37,945 nt of DNA, from IMG/VR virus record IMGVR_UViG_3300010262_000007, one strand, 5' to 3'. The first letter of the stretch is position 1, and every line of letters begins with the position of its first letter. This DNA is from a virus. Shown in pieces: positions 7,589-15,936 of this stretch. The notes below the pieces were generated by a model that made no database searches, was not told the DNA's origin, and saw only the letters and a program-made list of their open reading frames with translations. Both the position numbers and the translations under genes were made by a program.

Positions 7589-8756
7589 GCACGCCCGCTG
7601 CTCCGCATCGGCCGCATACCGCTGGATCAACTGCCCCGGATCCGTCGCCCTGTCTGATCAGTGTCCGGATCCCGGCTCCAGCAGCTACGCCGACGAGGGA
7701 ACAGTCGCCCACAGCCTGGCCGAGCTGAAGCTCCGCCACGTCCTGCATGAGATCACCGACGCCCAGTACAAGAAGCGCCTGGCCAAGATCCAGCAGGACG
7801 ACTACTACAACGGCGAGATGGACGAGGCCACCGACTTCTATGTCGAGACCGTCCTGGAGGAGTTCGCCGCAGCCGGCGAAGGCGCCGAGCTGATGATCGA
7901 GCAGCGCCTCGATCTTTCCCAATGGATCCCGGAAGGCTTCGGCACTTCCGACGCCGTGATCATCGGCGGCAGCATGATCCAGGTCATCGACCTGAAGTAC
8001 GGCAAAGGTATCAAGGTCGAGGCCAAGAACAACCCCCAGTTCCGCCTCTACGGCCTGGGCGCCGTCTCTCTGTTCGGCGATCTCTACGACTTCGACACCG
8101 TGAAGACCACCGTCGTCCAGCCCCGCCTCGATCACGTTGACAGCGAGGTCGTCATCCTGAAGGAGCTGCTGCTCTGGGGCGAGGAGGAAGTCGCGCCCCG
8201 CGCCATCATGGCCATGGAAGGCTCCGACTACTTTGTGGCCGGCGACTGGTGCCGCTTCTGCCCGGCGAAGGCTCGCTGCCGCAAGCGAGCCGAGTTCAAC
8301 CTGGATCTGGCCCGGATGGAGTTCCAGAAGCCCCCACTGCTCTCCAGCGAGGAGATCGGCGAAGTGCTGGCCAAGGCCGAGCACCTGAAGAAGTGGGCCG
8401 AGGAGGTCAGTGCCTACGCTCTGGAGCAGGCCCTGGCCGGTGAGCACTACGACGGCTGGAAGCTGGTCGAAGGCCGCAGCAACCGCAAGTACGCAGACGA
8501 GATCCAGGTGGCCGACAAGCTGAAGGCTGCCGGCTTCGACGAGGCAATGCTCTACCAGCGCAAGCTCTACGGCATCACCGAGATGGAGAAGCTCGTCGGC
8601 AAGAAGAAGCTGGCCGCCACTCTGGGCGACCTGCTGATCAAACCCGCAGGCAAGCCGGTCCTCGTGCCGGAGTCTGATAAACGCGAAGCCATCAACACAA
8701 CCGAAGCGGCTCAGGCCGACTTCACCACCGGCGACGACGAGGTCGCGCCGTTCTAA
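7578..8756 (+). CDS. PD-(D/E)XK nuclease, DUF2800 family (Cas4-like Cys cluster)
   Basis: Starts MPTKHARCSASAAYRWINCPGS (typical DUF2800 N-terminus). Contains IDLKYGKG and C-terminal CRFCPAKARC. ATG at 7578 follows AAAGGAGGA. Confidence 0.8.
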   Translation: MPTKHARCSASAAYRWINCPGSVALSDQCPDPGSSSYADEGTVAHSLAELKLRHVLHEITDAQYKKRLAKIQQDDYYNGEMDEATDFYVETVLEEFAAAGEGAELMIEQRLDLSQWIPEGFGTSDAVIIGGSMIQVIDLKYGKGIKVEAKNNPQFRLYGLGAVSLFGDLYDFDTVKTTVVQPRLDHVDSEVVILKELLLWGEEEVAPRAIMAMEGSDYFVAGDWCRFCPAKARCRKRAEFNLDLARMEFQKPPLLSSEEIGEVLAKAEHLKKWAEEVSAYALEQALAGEHYDGWKLVEGRSNRKYADEIQVADKLKAAGFDEAMLYQRKLYGITEMEKLVGKKKLAATLGDLLIKPAGKPVLVPESDKREAINTTEAAQADFTTGDDEVAPF

Positions 8757-8774
8757 ATTAAGGAGGATTATAAA

Positions 8775-9323
8775 ATGTCTACTACCAAAGTTATCACCGG
8801 AAAAGTTCGTTTCAGCTATGTGAACATCTTCAAGAGCCGTGCCTTCCAGGCTGGCCAGGACGCCAAGTACAGCGTGTGCCTGCTGATCCCTAAAGAGGAC
8901 AAGGCCACCATCAAGAAGATCAAGGCAGCCATCGACGCAGCTGTCCAGGACGGCATCAGCTCCAAGTGGGGCGGCAAGAAGCCCGCCAACCTGAAGCAGC
9001 CTCTGCGCGACGGCGACGCCGAGCGTGCCGATGAGGCTCCTGAGTACGAGGGTATGTACTTCCTCAACTGCAACAGCACCCAGAAGCCCGGCATCGTGGA
9101 CAAAGATCTGAACGAGATCCTGGATCTCGACGAGGTCTACTCCGGCTGCTGGGGCCGCGCCTCCATCAACTTCTTCCCCTTCAACACCAACGGCAACAAG
9201 GGTGTCGGCGTCGGCCTGAATAACATCCAGAAGCTGAAGGACGACGACCGCCTGGGCGCTGCCCGTGCTTCTGCCAAGTCCGACTTCGGCGGCGACGACT
9301 TCGAGGACGACGAGGACTTCTAA
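8775..9323 (+). CDS. DUF2815-family single-stranded DNA-binding-like protein
   Basis: Starts TGKVRFSYVNIF. Acidic tail DDFEDDEDF. Sits in the conserved DUF2800-DUF2815-PolA gene order. Confidence 0.75.
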   Translation: MSTTKVITGKVRFSYVNIFKSRAFQAGQDAKYSVCLLIPKEDKATIKKIKAAIDAAVQDGISSKWGGKKPANLKQPLRDGDAERADEAPEYEGMYFLNCNSTQKPGIVDKDLNEILDLDEVYSGCWGRASINFFPFNTNGNKGVGVGLNNIQKLKDDDRLGAARASAKSDFGGDDFEDDEDF

Positions 9324-9336
9324 GGAGGACATACAG

Positions 9337-11310
9337 ATGCACCGAGTTATGGGCGTGGATATAGAAACCTATAGCTCCGTGGACCTGGCCGAGGCGGGCG
9401 TCTACGCCTACGTGGAGGCGCCCGACTTCGACATCCTGCTCATCTCGTACATCTTCGACGACTGGGGCGAGGACGACGTCAAGACCATCGACTGCTTCGA
9501 TGCTGATCCTGACATGATGGCCGAGTTCTGCGAGGCCCTCCTCGATCCCCAGATCGTCAAGACCGCCTTCAACGCGAACTTCGAGCGCACCTGTCTGGCC
9601 AAGTGGCTCCAGAAGCCCATGCCGCCGGAGGAGTGGCGCTGCACGATGGTCAAGGCGCTGACGCTGGGCCTGCCGGGCAATCTGGCAGGCGCCGGCGAGG
9701 CGCTGGGCCTTCCTCCCGAGAAGCTGAAGGACCCCCAGGGCAAGGCTCTGATCCAGTTCTTCTCGAAGCCGTGCAAGCCGACCCGGACCAACGGCCAGAG
9801 GACGCGCAACCTCCCACAGCATGACCCGGCCAAGTGGCAACTCTACAAGAGCTACAACCGGCAGGACGTTGTGACCGAGCAGGAGATCCTACGGAAGCTA
9901 TCCATCTACAAGACACCGGAGTCAGAGCAGGAGCTCTGGGCTCTGGACCAACACATGAACGACAACGGCGTGGCGCTCGACATCCCCATGGTCGAGAAAA
10001 TCGTCGAATATGACACCCGGCGCCGGCAGGAGCTCCAGGAAGAAGCCCAGGAGCTCACCGGGCTGAAAAACCCAAACAGCCTGGCCCAGCTGAAGCGCTG
10101 GCTCGCAGAGCAGGGCGTGGAGATGACCAGCGTCACCAAGGACACCATCACCGAAGCGCTGCGAGATCCGGATCTCCCGGACGTCGTCCGGAGAGTGCTG
10201 GAGATCCGCACCGCCCTGGGCAAGACCAGCGTGGCCAAGTACAGCACGATGCTGGTGGCGCACTGCCAGGATCACCGGCTGCGAGGCATCCTTCAGTTCT
10301 ACGGCGCCAACCGCTCCGGACGCTGGGCCGGCCGTCTGGTGCAGACGCACAACCTGGCCAAGAACACGCTGCCGGATCTGGCCCTGGCCCGCGAGCTGGC
10401 AGCCGAGGGAGACTTCGAGACCATGGGCACGCTGTTCGGAGAGACGGCCTTCGTCTTCTCTGAGCTGATCCGGACGGCCTTCATCCCATCAGAGGGCTGC
10501 CGCTTCGTCGTCTCTGACTTCTCGGCCATCGAGGCCCGCGTGCTGGCGTGGATCGCCGGCGAGGAATGGACCCTGGAAGCTTTCCGGCAGGGCAAGGACA
10601 TCTATTGCGAGACCGCCTCCATGATGTACCACGTGCCCGTGGAAAAGCACGGAGCCAACAGCCACCTCCGCCAAAAAGGAAAGGTCGCAGTTCTGGCCTG
10701 CGGCTACCAAGGCGGCGTCGGCGCCATGAAGCGCATGGACAAGGGCGGCACCATCCCGGAGGACGAGCTCCAGAGCGTCGTGGACCAGTGGCGGGGGGCC
10801 AACCCCAGCGTGGTGAAGCTCTGGCGCAACTGCGAGATGGCAGCCAGGACAGTCATCGAAGAACACCGCACCGTCCGGCTGAAGAACGGCATCGCCTTCG
10901 GCTACGTCAACGGCAACCTGTTCATCAAGCTGCCCAGCGGCCGGAAGCTCTGCTACTGGAACACCCACCTGAAGATGGACCCGAGGGACGGCCGCGAGCA
11001 CATCGTCTACATGGGAGTCAATCAGGAAACCAAGCAATGGGGAGAGACTGAGACCTACGGCGGCAAGCTGGTCGAGAACATCACCCAAGCCATCGCCAGA
11101 GACTGCCTGGCCATATCCATGCAGAGGGTCGCAGCTCTGGGCTATAACATCGTGATGCACGTCCATGACGAGATGATCGTTGACGTGCCAATCGAAGACA
11201 CCGACGCGCTGGAGCGGATCAACGCCTGCATGGGCGAGGCGATCCCCTGGGCGCCCGGTTTACCACTACGGGGCGACGGCTACGAGACCCCGTTCTACAT
11301 GAAAGACTAA
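9337..11310 (+). CDS. Family A DNA polymerase with N-terminal 3'-5' exonuclease
   Basis: Exo motif GVDIETYS. Polymerase motifs DFSAIEARVLAW, RQKGKVAVLACGYQGG and HVHDE. ATG at 9337 follows AAGGAGGA. Confidence 0.85.
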   Translation: MHRVMGVDIETYSSVDLAEAGVYAYVEAPDFDILLISYIFDDWGEDDVKTIDCFDADPDMMAEFCEALLDPQIVKTAFNANFERTCLAKWLQKPMPPEEWRCTMVKALTLGLPGNLAGAGEALGLPPEKLKDPQGKALIQFFSKPCKPTRTNGQRTRNLPQHDPAKWQLYKSYNRQDVVTEQEILRKLSIYKTPESEQELWALDQHMNDNGVALDIPMVEKIVEYDTRRRQELQEEAQELTGLKNPNSLAQLKRWLAEQGVEMTSVTKDTITEALRDPDLPDVVRRVLEIRTALGKTSVAKYSTMLVAHCQDHRLRGILQFYGANRSGRWAGRLVQTHNLAKNTLPDLALARELAAEGDFETMGTLFGETAFVFSELIRTAFIPSEGCRFVVSDFSAIEARVLAWIAGEEWTLEAFRQGKDIYCETASMMYHVPVEKHGANSHLRQKGKVAVLACGYQGGVGAMKRMDKGGTIPEDELQSVVDQWRGANPSVVKLWRNCEMAARTVIEEHRTVRLKNGIAFGYVNGNLFIKLPSGRKLCYWNTHLKMDPRDGREHIVYMGVNQETKQWGETETYGGKLVENITQAIARDCLAISMQRVAALGYNIVMHVHDEMIVDVPIEDTDALERINACMGEAIPWAPGLPLRGDGYETPFYMKD

Positions 11311-11323
11311 GGAGGACACACAA

Positions 11324-11881
11324 ATGAAAATTAACCGCACCATGACCATCGAAACCAACGAGATCCAGATCGGCGACCGCATCCAGGTCGGCCACTATAC
11401 CGCCACCTGCCAGGCTCTGCCTGGCGAAGGCCTGGCTCTTTTCCTTCTGGACCAGTATCTCGACAAGGCCATGCAGATGAACGAGAAGAACACCAACAAG
11501 GGCGGCTACCAGGAGAGCGATCTCCGCGAGGAGCTCAACAGCGAGAAGATTCTGAAGGACTTCACTGGTCTGGAGCTGGCGCCCTTCGACAACGGCGATC
11601 TGCTCCGTCTGCCGTTCTACGGCGAGATGTTCGGGCACGATGACTGGTACAACTCCGGCGCCGTGGAGCCTGACGACTGCGAGCAGTGGCCTCTGATGAA
11701 GGAACGCGCCAATCGCGTCGCCGAACGCAAGGGCGAAAGCTACGAGTGGGGATGGCTCCAGAACAAGTACGTCCAGTCGGCGACGGATTTCTGCGGTGTC
11801 GGCGACGACGGTTATGCCTACGCCTGGAACGCCTCGAACTCCATCGGCGTCCGCCCGGCTTTCCTGATCAAATTATCGTAA
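11324..11881 (+). CDS. DGR target protein 1: small non-structural protein with C-terminal CLec-type variable region
   Basis: C-terminus ...WLQNKYVQSATDFCGVGDDGYAYAWNASNSIGVRPAFLIKLS parallels the fibre target. Its last ~94 nt are a near-copy of 35576..35669 and 36292..36390. Confidence 0.8.
   Translation: MKINRTMTIETNEIQIGDRIQVGHYTATCQALPGEGLALFLLDQYLDKAMQMNEKNTNKGGYQESDLREELNSEKILKDFTGLELAPFDNGDLLRLPFYGEMFGHDDWYNSGAVEPDDCEQWPLMKERANRVAERKGESYEWGWLQNKYVQSATDFCGVGDDGYAYAWNASNSIGVRPAFLIKLS
11770..11863 (+). repeat. DGR variable region VR1
   Basis: In the 89-nt core (of 94 nt) it differs from VR2 at 15 positions, all at codon position 1 or 2. Shares the GC-rich 3' block TCGGCGTCCGCCCGG. Confidence 0.8.
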
Positions 11882-11885
11882 ATCC

Positions 11886-11904
11886 CGGGGGCCTCGTGCC
11901 CCCG
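11886..11904 (+). promoter_or_regulatory. GC hairpin downstream of VR1 (DGR target-recognition hairpin/cruciform candidate)
   Basis: Stem CGGGGGC / GCCCCCG with loop CTCGT, about 22 nt after the VR homology ends. Same loop and spacing as 35690..35710. Confidence 0.65.
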
Positions 11905-11936
11905 ACATAAACCATCTACAAGCAAGGAGGACAGCG

Positions 11937-12425
11937 ATGGAGCCTATCACTATACGCTGGGAGACCGGCTACATGACCATCAACCCGGACGCCTTTTTCC
12001 CAACAAGCACAGCCAGGATCCGGAAGCTCCTCCGGGTGGTCGCCCTGGACTTTGAGCATCAGGACGTCATCCGGATGCAGCTGGCCGGGGCCTGCGAGAG
12101 CCGAGCCCAGGAGATTCTGGATGGCCGCAAGAGCCTCGCCAACGAGGCAGTAAACCACCACCAAAAGGCAGCGGACCTGGAGCCGCAGATCGAGACGGCC
12201 AAGCGCCGGATCACCACCCTCCGGGCCTGCATCAAAGAGCAGCCAAAGAGGGCCCGCCAGCTGGGATACCCTGAACGGCTGCACGAGGAACGGGAACAGC
12301 TGAAGAAGCTGACCGCCGAGCGCTCCGGAGCCCTCTCAGCCTTCCGGAAGAAAAAGCGCGAGTTCGAGGCCGCTGAGGCCACGGCTGAAAAATTAAGACA
12401 GAACGCGGAGGTGCTGAGACCATGA
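11937..12425 (+). CDS. Hypothetical coiled-coil protein
   Basis: 162-aa ORF. RBS AAGGAGGA. Stop overlaps the primase start. Confidence 0.55.
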   Translation: MEPITIRWETGYMTINPDAFFPTSTARIRKLLRVVALDFEHQDVIRMQLAGACESRAQEILDGRKSLANEAVNHHQKAADLEPQIETAKRRITTLRACIKEQPKRARQLGYPERLHEEREQLKKLTAERSGALSAFRKKKREFEAAEATAEKLRQNAEVLRP

Positions 12426-14872
12426 CCAACACAGCGGAAAAACTCACCCTGCCCCTGTTCATGGTCAAGTACAACGGCGACCTCCTGATCTCGACCGGCC
12501 GCAGCCGCTTCGAGACCTCCTGGAAGAATAAGACCATGAGCTGGGCGGCTCTCCTGAATAAGCTCTCCCGCTCCATGGAGACCACAGAGACCCACGCCGA
12601 GTACATGAAGATGAGTAAGGAGCAGCAGGACAAGATCAAGGACATCGGCGGCTTCGTCGGCGGTCATCTGAGGGATGGCCGCCGCAAGACCGGCTACGTC
12701 ACAGCCCGCCAGCTGCTCACCCTCGACCTGGACTTCCCTCCGGCCGAGTTCTGGGACAATATCATCGACAACCTGGAGATCGACAACGCCCTGGCGGTCT
12801 ACTCCACACATAAGCACACCAAGGCGAAGCCCCGCTACCGTCTGATCATGCCCCTCGACAGAGAGGTCACGCCGGACGAGTACGAGGCCATCGCCCGCAA
12901 GATCGCCGAGAAGATCGGCATCGACTACTTCGACGACTCTACCTTCCAGCCGACCCGTCTGATGTACTGGCCGAGCCATAGCGTGGACGTCGAGCCCTTC
13001 TTCCAATACTACGACGCCCCCTTCCTGGCGGCTGACTCCATCCTGGCAGAGTACCCGGACTGGACCGACACCAGCTACTGGCCGGAGTCGTCCCGTATGG
13101 TGGGCATCAGAAAGAGGGACGCCGACCGGCAGGGCGATCCGCTGGAGAAGAAGGGCCCCCTGGGTGCCTTCTGCCGCACCTACAGCATCACCGAGGCCAT
13201 CGCCAAGTTCCTGCCGGACGTCTACACTCCGACGGCCAAAGAGGACCGCTACACCTACGCAGCCGGCTCAACTGCTGCCGGCCTCGTGATCTATGACGGC
13301 GACGTGTTCGCCTACTCCAACCACAGCACTGACCCGGCCGGAGGCCGCCTCTGCAACGCCTTCGACCTGGTCCGCATCCACAAGTTCGGCCACCTGGACG
13401 AAGGCAAGGAAGACAAAGCAGTCAATCAGCTCCCGAGCCAGAAGGCCATGTATGCGTTCGCGAACGAAGACCCGGGCGTCAGCCTGACGCTCGCGAACGA
13501 CCGAAAGAGCCAGCAGGTTCTGGAATTCGAGGGCGTGCCGCTCCCGGATGACATCGACAACAGCTGGAAGACGAAACTGGTCCGAGGCGAAAATGGCGAC
13601 GTCAAGCCGCTGATCACCAACGCCGTGCTGATCCTGGAGAACGAGCCCGCCCTTCAGGGGATCCGCTACAACGAGCTGAGCAACGGCATCGAGGTCAAGG
13701 GCAAACTGCCCTGGCCGCGCCCCAACAAATACTGGAGAGACGTGGATGACGCCCATCTCTACACCTGGGTGGCGGACACCTACGGCGTCCAGTTCCCGGA
13801 GAGCCGCTTCAGCAAGGCGCTCTCCACGGTCGCAGACAAGCGACGCTTCAACCCTCTGCGGGAATACCTCCAGCAGCTCCCCGAGTGGGACAACGTGCCG
13901 AGAGTGGACACGCTGCTGGTCGATTACCTGGGCGCCAAGGACTCAGCCTACACCCGGGCCGTCACCCGCAAGACTCTGATCGGAGCCGTCCAGCGCGTGC
14001 TGCAGCCTGGATGCAAGTTCGACACCGTCCTCGTCCTGGACGGCAAGCCCGGCATCGGCAAGAGCACCCTGCTCCGGAAGCTGGGCGGGAAATGGTTCAG
14101 CGACTCCCTCAGCCTGGCCGACACCAGGGACAAGACCGCAGCCGAGAAGCTCCAGGGCGTCTGGATCATGGAAATCGGCGAGATGCAGGGCACCCGCAAG
14201 GCCGACGTCGATGTGATGAAGGGCTTCATCAGCCGCCAGGTGGACGAGTACCGCGCAGCTTATGGCCGCGTCGTGGAGCGCCATCCGAGGACGGCCATCA
14301 TCTGCGGCACCACCAACAGCACCGGCGGCTTCTTGAGAGACACCACCGGCAACCGGCGCTTCTGGCCCGTCACCGTCAACGGAGGCGGCCACCTCAGCGT
14401 CTGGGAGATGACCGAGGAGACCCGCGCCCAGATCTGGGCTGAGGCCATGGTCTACGTGGCCGAGGGCGAGACGTCCTACCTGGACGCCGCGATGGAGCTG
14501 GAAGCGACCAAGGCCCAGCAGGCAGCGCTCATGTACGACGAGCGCGAGGGCGACGTCATCGACTACCTGGAGACCCTGCTGCCGGCAGACTGGGAGGACT
14601 GGGATCTGATGCAGCGCGTGGACTACTTCCAGCAGCGTGACGTCCTGGACGCCACAAAGCAGACGGGCACCGTGCAGAGGACCAAGGTCAGCGTGATGGA
14701 GATCTTCTGCGAGTGCTTCGGAAGGGCCAAGCACTACTGGACCCGCAAGGACGGCGACGAGATCGTGGCCATCATGGCGAGGATCCCGGGCTGGGAAAGG
14801 CCCGCAAATGCCACCATGCGAAGCAAAGCATACGGCAAGCAGCGCGTGTTCGTCCGGAGTGGTAACGAGTAA
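12422..14872 (+). CDS. Primase/helicase-like replication protein (prim-pol N-terminus plus VirE-type P-loop domain)
   Basis: 816 aa. P-loop VLDGKPGIGKSTLLRKLGG, followed by Walker B-like VWIMEIGEM and a VirE-family-like C-terminal half. Confidence 0.8.
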   Translation: MTNTAEKLTLPLFMVKYNGDLLISTGRSRFETSWKNKTMSWAALLNKLSRSMETTETHAEYMKMSKEQQDKIKDIGGFVGGHLRDGRRKTGYVTARQLLTLDLDFPPAEFWDNIIDNLEIDNALAVYSTHKHTKAKPRYRLIMPLDREVTPDEYEAIARKIAEKIGIDYFDDSTFQPTRLMYWPSHSVDVEPFFQYYDAPFLAADSILAEYPDWTDTSYWPESSRMVGIRKRDADRQGDPLEKKGPLGAFCRTYSITEAIAKFLPDVYTPTAKEDRYTYAAGSTAAGLVIYDGDVFAYSNHSTDPAGGRLCNAFDLVRIHKFGHLDEGKEDKAVNQLPSQKAMYAFANEDPGVSLTLANDRKSQQVLEFEGVPLPDDIDNSWKTKLVRGENGDVKPLITNAVLILENEPALQGIRYNELSNGIEVKGKLPWPRPNKYWRDVDDAHLYTWVADTYGVQFPESRFSKALSTVADKRRFNPLREYLQQLPEWDNVPRVDTLLVDYLGAKDSAYTRAVTRKTLIGAVQRVLQPGCKFDTVLVLDGKPGIGKSTLLRKLGGKWFSDSLSLADTRDKTAAEKLQGVWIMEIGEMQGTRKADVDVMKGFISRQVDEYRAAYGRVVERHPRTAIICGTTNSTGGFLRDTTGNRRFWPVTVNGGGHLSVWEMTEETRAQIWAEAMVYVAEGETSYLDAAMELEATKAQQAALMYDEREGDVIDYLETLLPADWEDWDLMQRVDYFQQRDVLDATKQTGTVQRTKVSVMEIFCECFGRAKHYWTRKDGDEIVAIMARIPGWERPANATMRSKAYGKQRVFVRSGNE

Positions 14873-15055
14873 CGAAGGCCCCTGGCAGCTGTTGTTCCTC
14901 GTTACCACCACCGACGACGGGCAGAGGGTAACGGGCGGACGTTGTTCCGCCGTCTGTTCCCTCAATCGTTACCACCTAAAATCCAGCAACCGCAAGGGAG
15001 AACGGGCAAAGGGTAACGAGGTAACGAGCTTTTTATATAGATTATTAAAAATAAC
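14861..15055. repeat. Iteron cluster plus AT-rich tract: candidate replication origin
   Basis: GGTAACG/CGTTACC at 14861, 14900(-), 14937, 14977(-), 15012 and 15020, plus AGTAACG at 14868. The 9-mer GGTAACGAG occurs 4 times. GTTGTTCC occurs twice. Followed by CTTTTTATATAGATTATTAAAAATAA (15029..15055). Confidence 0.55.
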
Positions 15056-15143
15056 CCCTACACACACGAAAACGGGCCCCTGCGAGGGCGCATACGCGCC
15101 TTATAGGAAAAATTCGGGGCCTCGTTCCAATAGGAGGACCCTC

Positions 15144-15428
15144 ATGGAAAAACGAGAACGAGATATTGAAAGCGGCCTGCGGAGGCAGGTCGAGAAAATG
15201 GGCGGCAAGTTTATGAAGTTCACAAGCCCCGGGAACGACGGCGTGCCTGACCGGATCGCTGTTTTACCGGGTGGCCGGGTATGGTTTGTAGAACTGAAGC
15301 GCGAGGGCGAAAAACCCACGGGCATCCAGAAGTGGCAGATGGAGCAGCTGCGGAAGATGGGCTGCAACGTGGCACTGATCACCGGCAAGCAGGAGGCGCG
15401 GGCCTGGATCCGGGAGGTGATCGGATAA
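15144..15428 (+). CDS. VRR-NUC domain nuclease
   Basis: 94 aa with GGKFMKFTSPGNDGVPDRIAVLPGGRVWFVELKREGEKPTGIQKWQ. ATG at 15144 follows TAGGAGGA. Confidence 0.8.
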   Translation: MEKRERDIESGLRRQVEKMGGKFMKFTSPGNDGVPDRIAVLPGGRVWFVELKREGEKPTGIQKWQMEQLRKMGCNVALITGKQEARAWIREVIG

Positions 15429-15883
15429 TGCCGGTATATGGAAATTGCGACCACTGCGGCGCTCCCATAAGTATGCCGCCGAGCCAATGGGCCAGATCCC
15501 AGGAGCACTTCTGCAGTCGCCAGTGCCACATGGCAAAGATGAACGCAGAACTCAACCCGACCCGGATGACCAAAGAGGTCCGGCAGAAGCTGGCGCTGAG
15601 CCGTCTGAACACCGGCCAGACCGACAGCCACCGGAAAACCAACGGCAGGCACACGCACCGGATCGTGGCCGAGCAGATCCTGGGCCGCCCGCTGCTCCCC
15701 GGTGAAGTCGTCCACCACATCAACGGCGACAAAAGAGACAACAGACCTGAAAACCTTCGCGTGTTCAGCAGCCAAGCCGATCACGCCAGGTGGCACAAAG
15801 AAAACGACAAGGAGGTGGTGCCCGATGAAGTTCATCCCACACGAATATCAGCAGAAGGCGATAGACAGGATCGTCAACAATAA
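15428..15883 (+). CDS. HNH endonuclease
   Basis: N-terminal Cys4 (CDHCG...CSRQCH) and HNH core HHINGDKRDNRPENLRVFSSQADHARWH. TAATG start overlap. Confidence 0.8.
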   Translation: MPVYGNCDHCGAPISMPPSQWARSQEHFCSRQCHMAKMNAELNPTRMTKEVRQKLALSRLNTGQTDSHRKTNGRHTHRIVAEQILGRPLLPGEVVHHINGDKRDNRPENLRVFSSQADHARWHKENDKEVVPDEVHPTRISAEGDRQDRQQ

Positions 15884-15920
15884 GCGCTTCGGCCTGTTCC
15901 TGGAGATGGGCCTCGGTTAG
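15825..15920 (+). pseudogene. SNF2 helicase N-terminal fragment, terminated by TAG inside the Walker A motif
   Basis: MKFIPHEYQQKAIDRIVNNKRFGLFLEMGLG then TAG (15918..15920). RBS AAGGAGGTG. The expected GKT continues in the next frame (..SKTVITMTAIDIL). Confidence 0.7.
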
Positions 15921-15936
15921 CAAGACCGTCATCACC

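Noticed and set aside
14861-15028. Short repeats considered as a possible CRISPR array or tRNA region.
   Set aside because: The repeats are only 7 to 9 bp, occur in both orientations and are irregularly spaced. I could see no cloverleaf-like structure. Iterons fit better.
14808-15143. N-terminal 112-codon extension of the VRR-NUC ORF in the track (14808..15428).
   Set aside because: The extension crosses the primase stop and the iteron region and translates to low-complexity sequence. ATG 15144 has a strong TAGGAGGA RBS and gives a typical ~94-aa VRR-NUC protein.
15918-15920. TAG reassignment (alternative genetic code) as the explanation for the stop inside the SNF2 Walker A motif.
   Set aside because: TAG cleanly terminates the Dit gene (32604..32606) and the corrected methyltransferase frame (18866..18868). 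The helicase also needs a frame change, not just readthrough.
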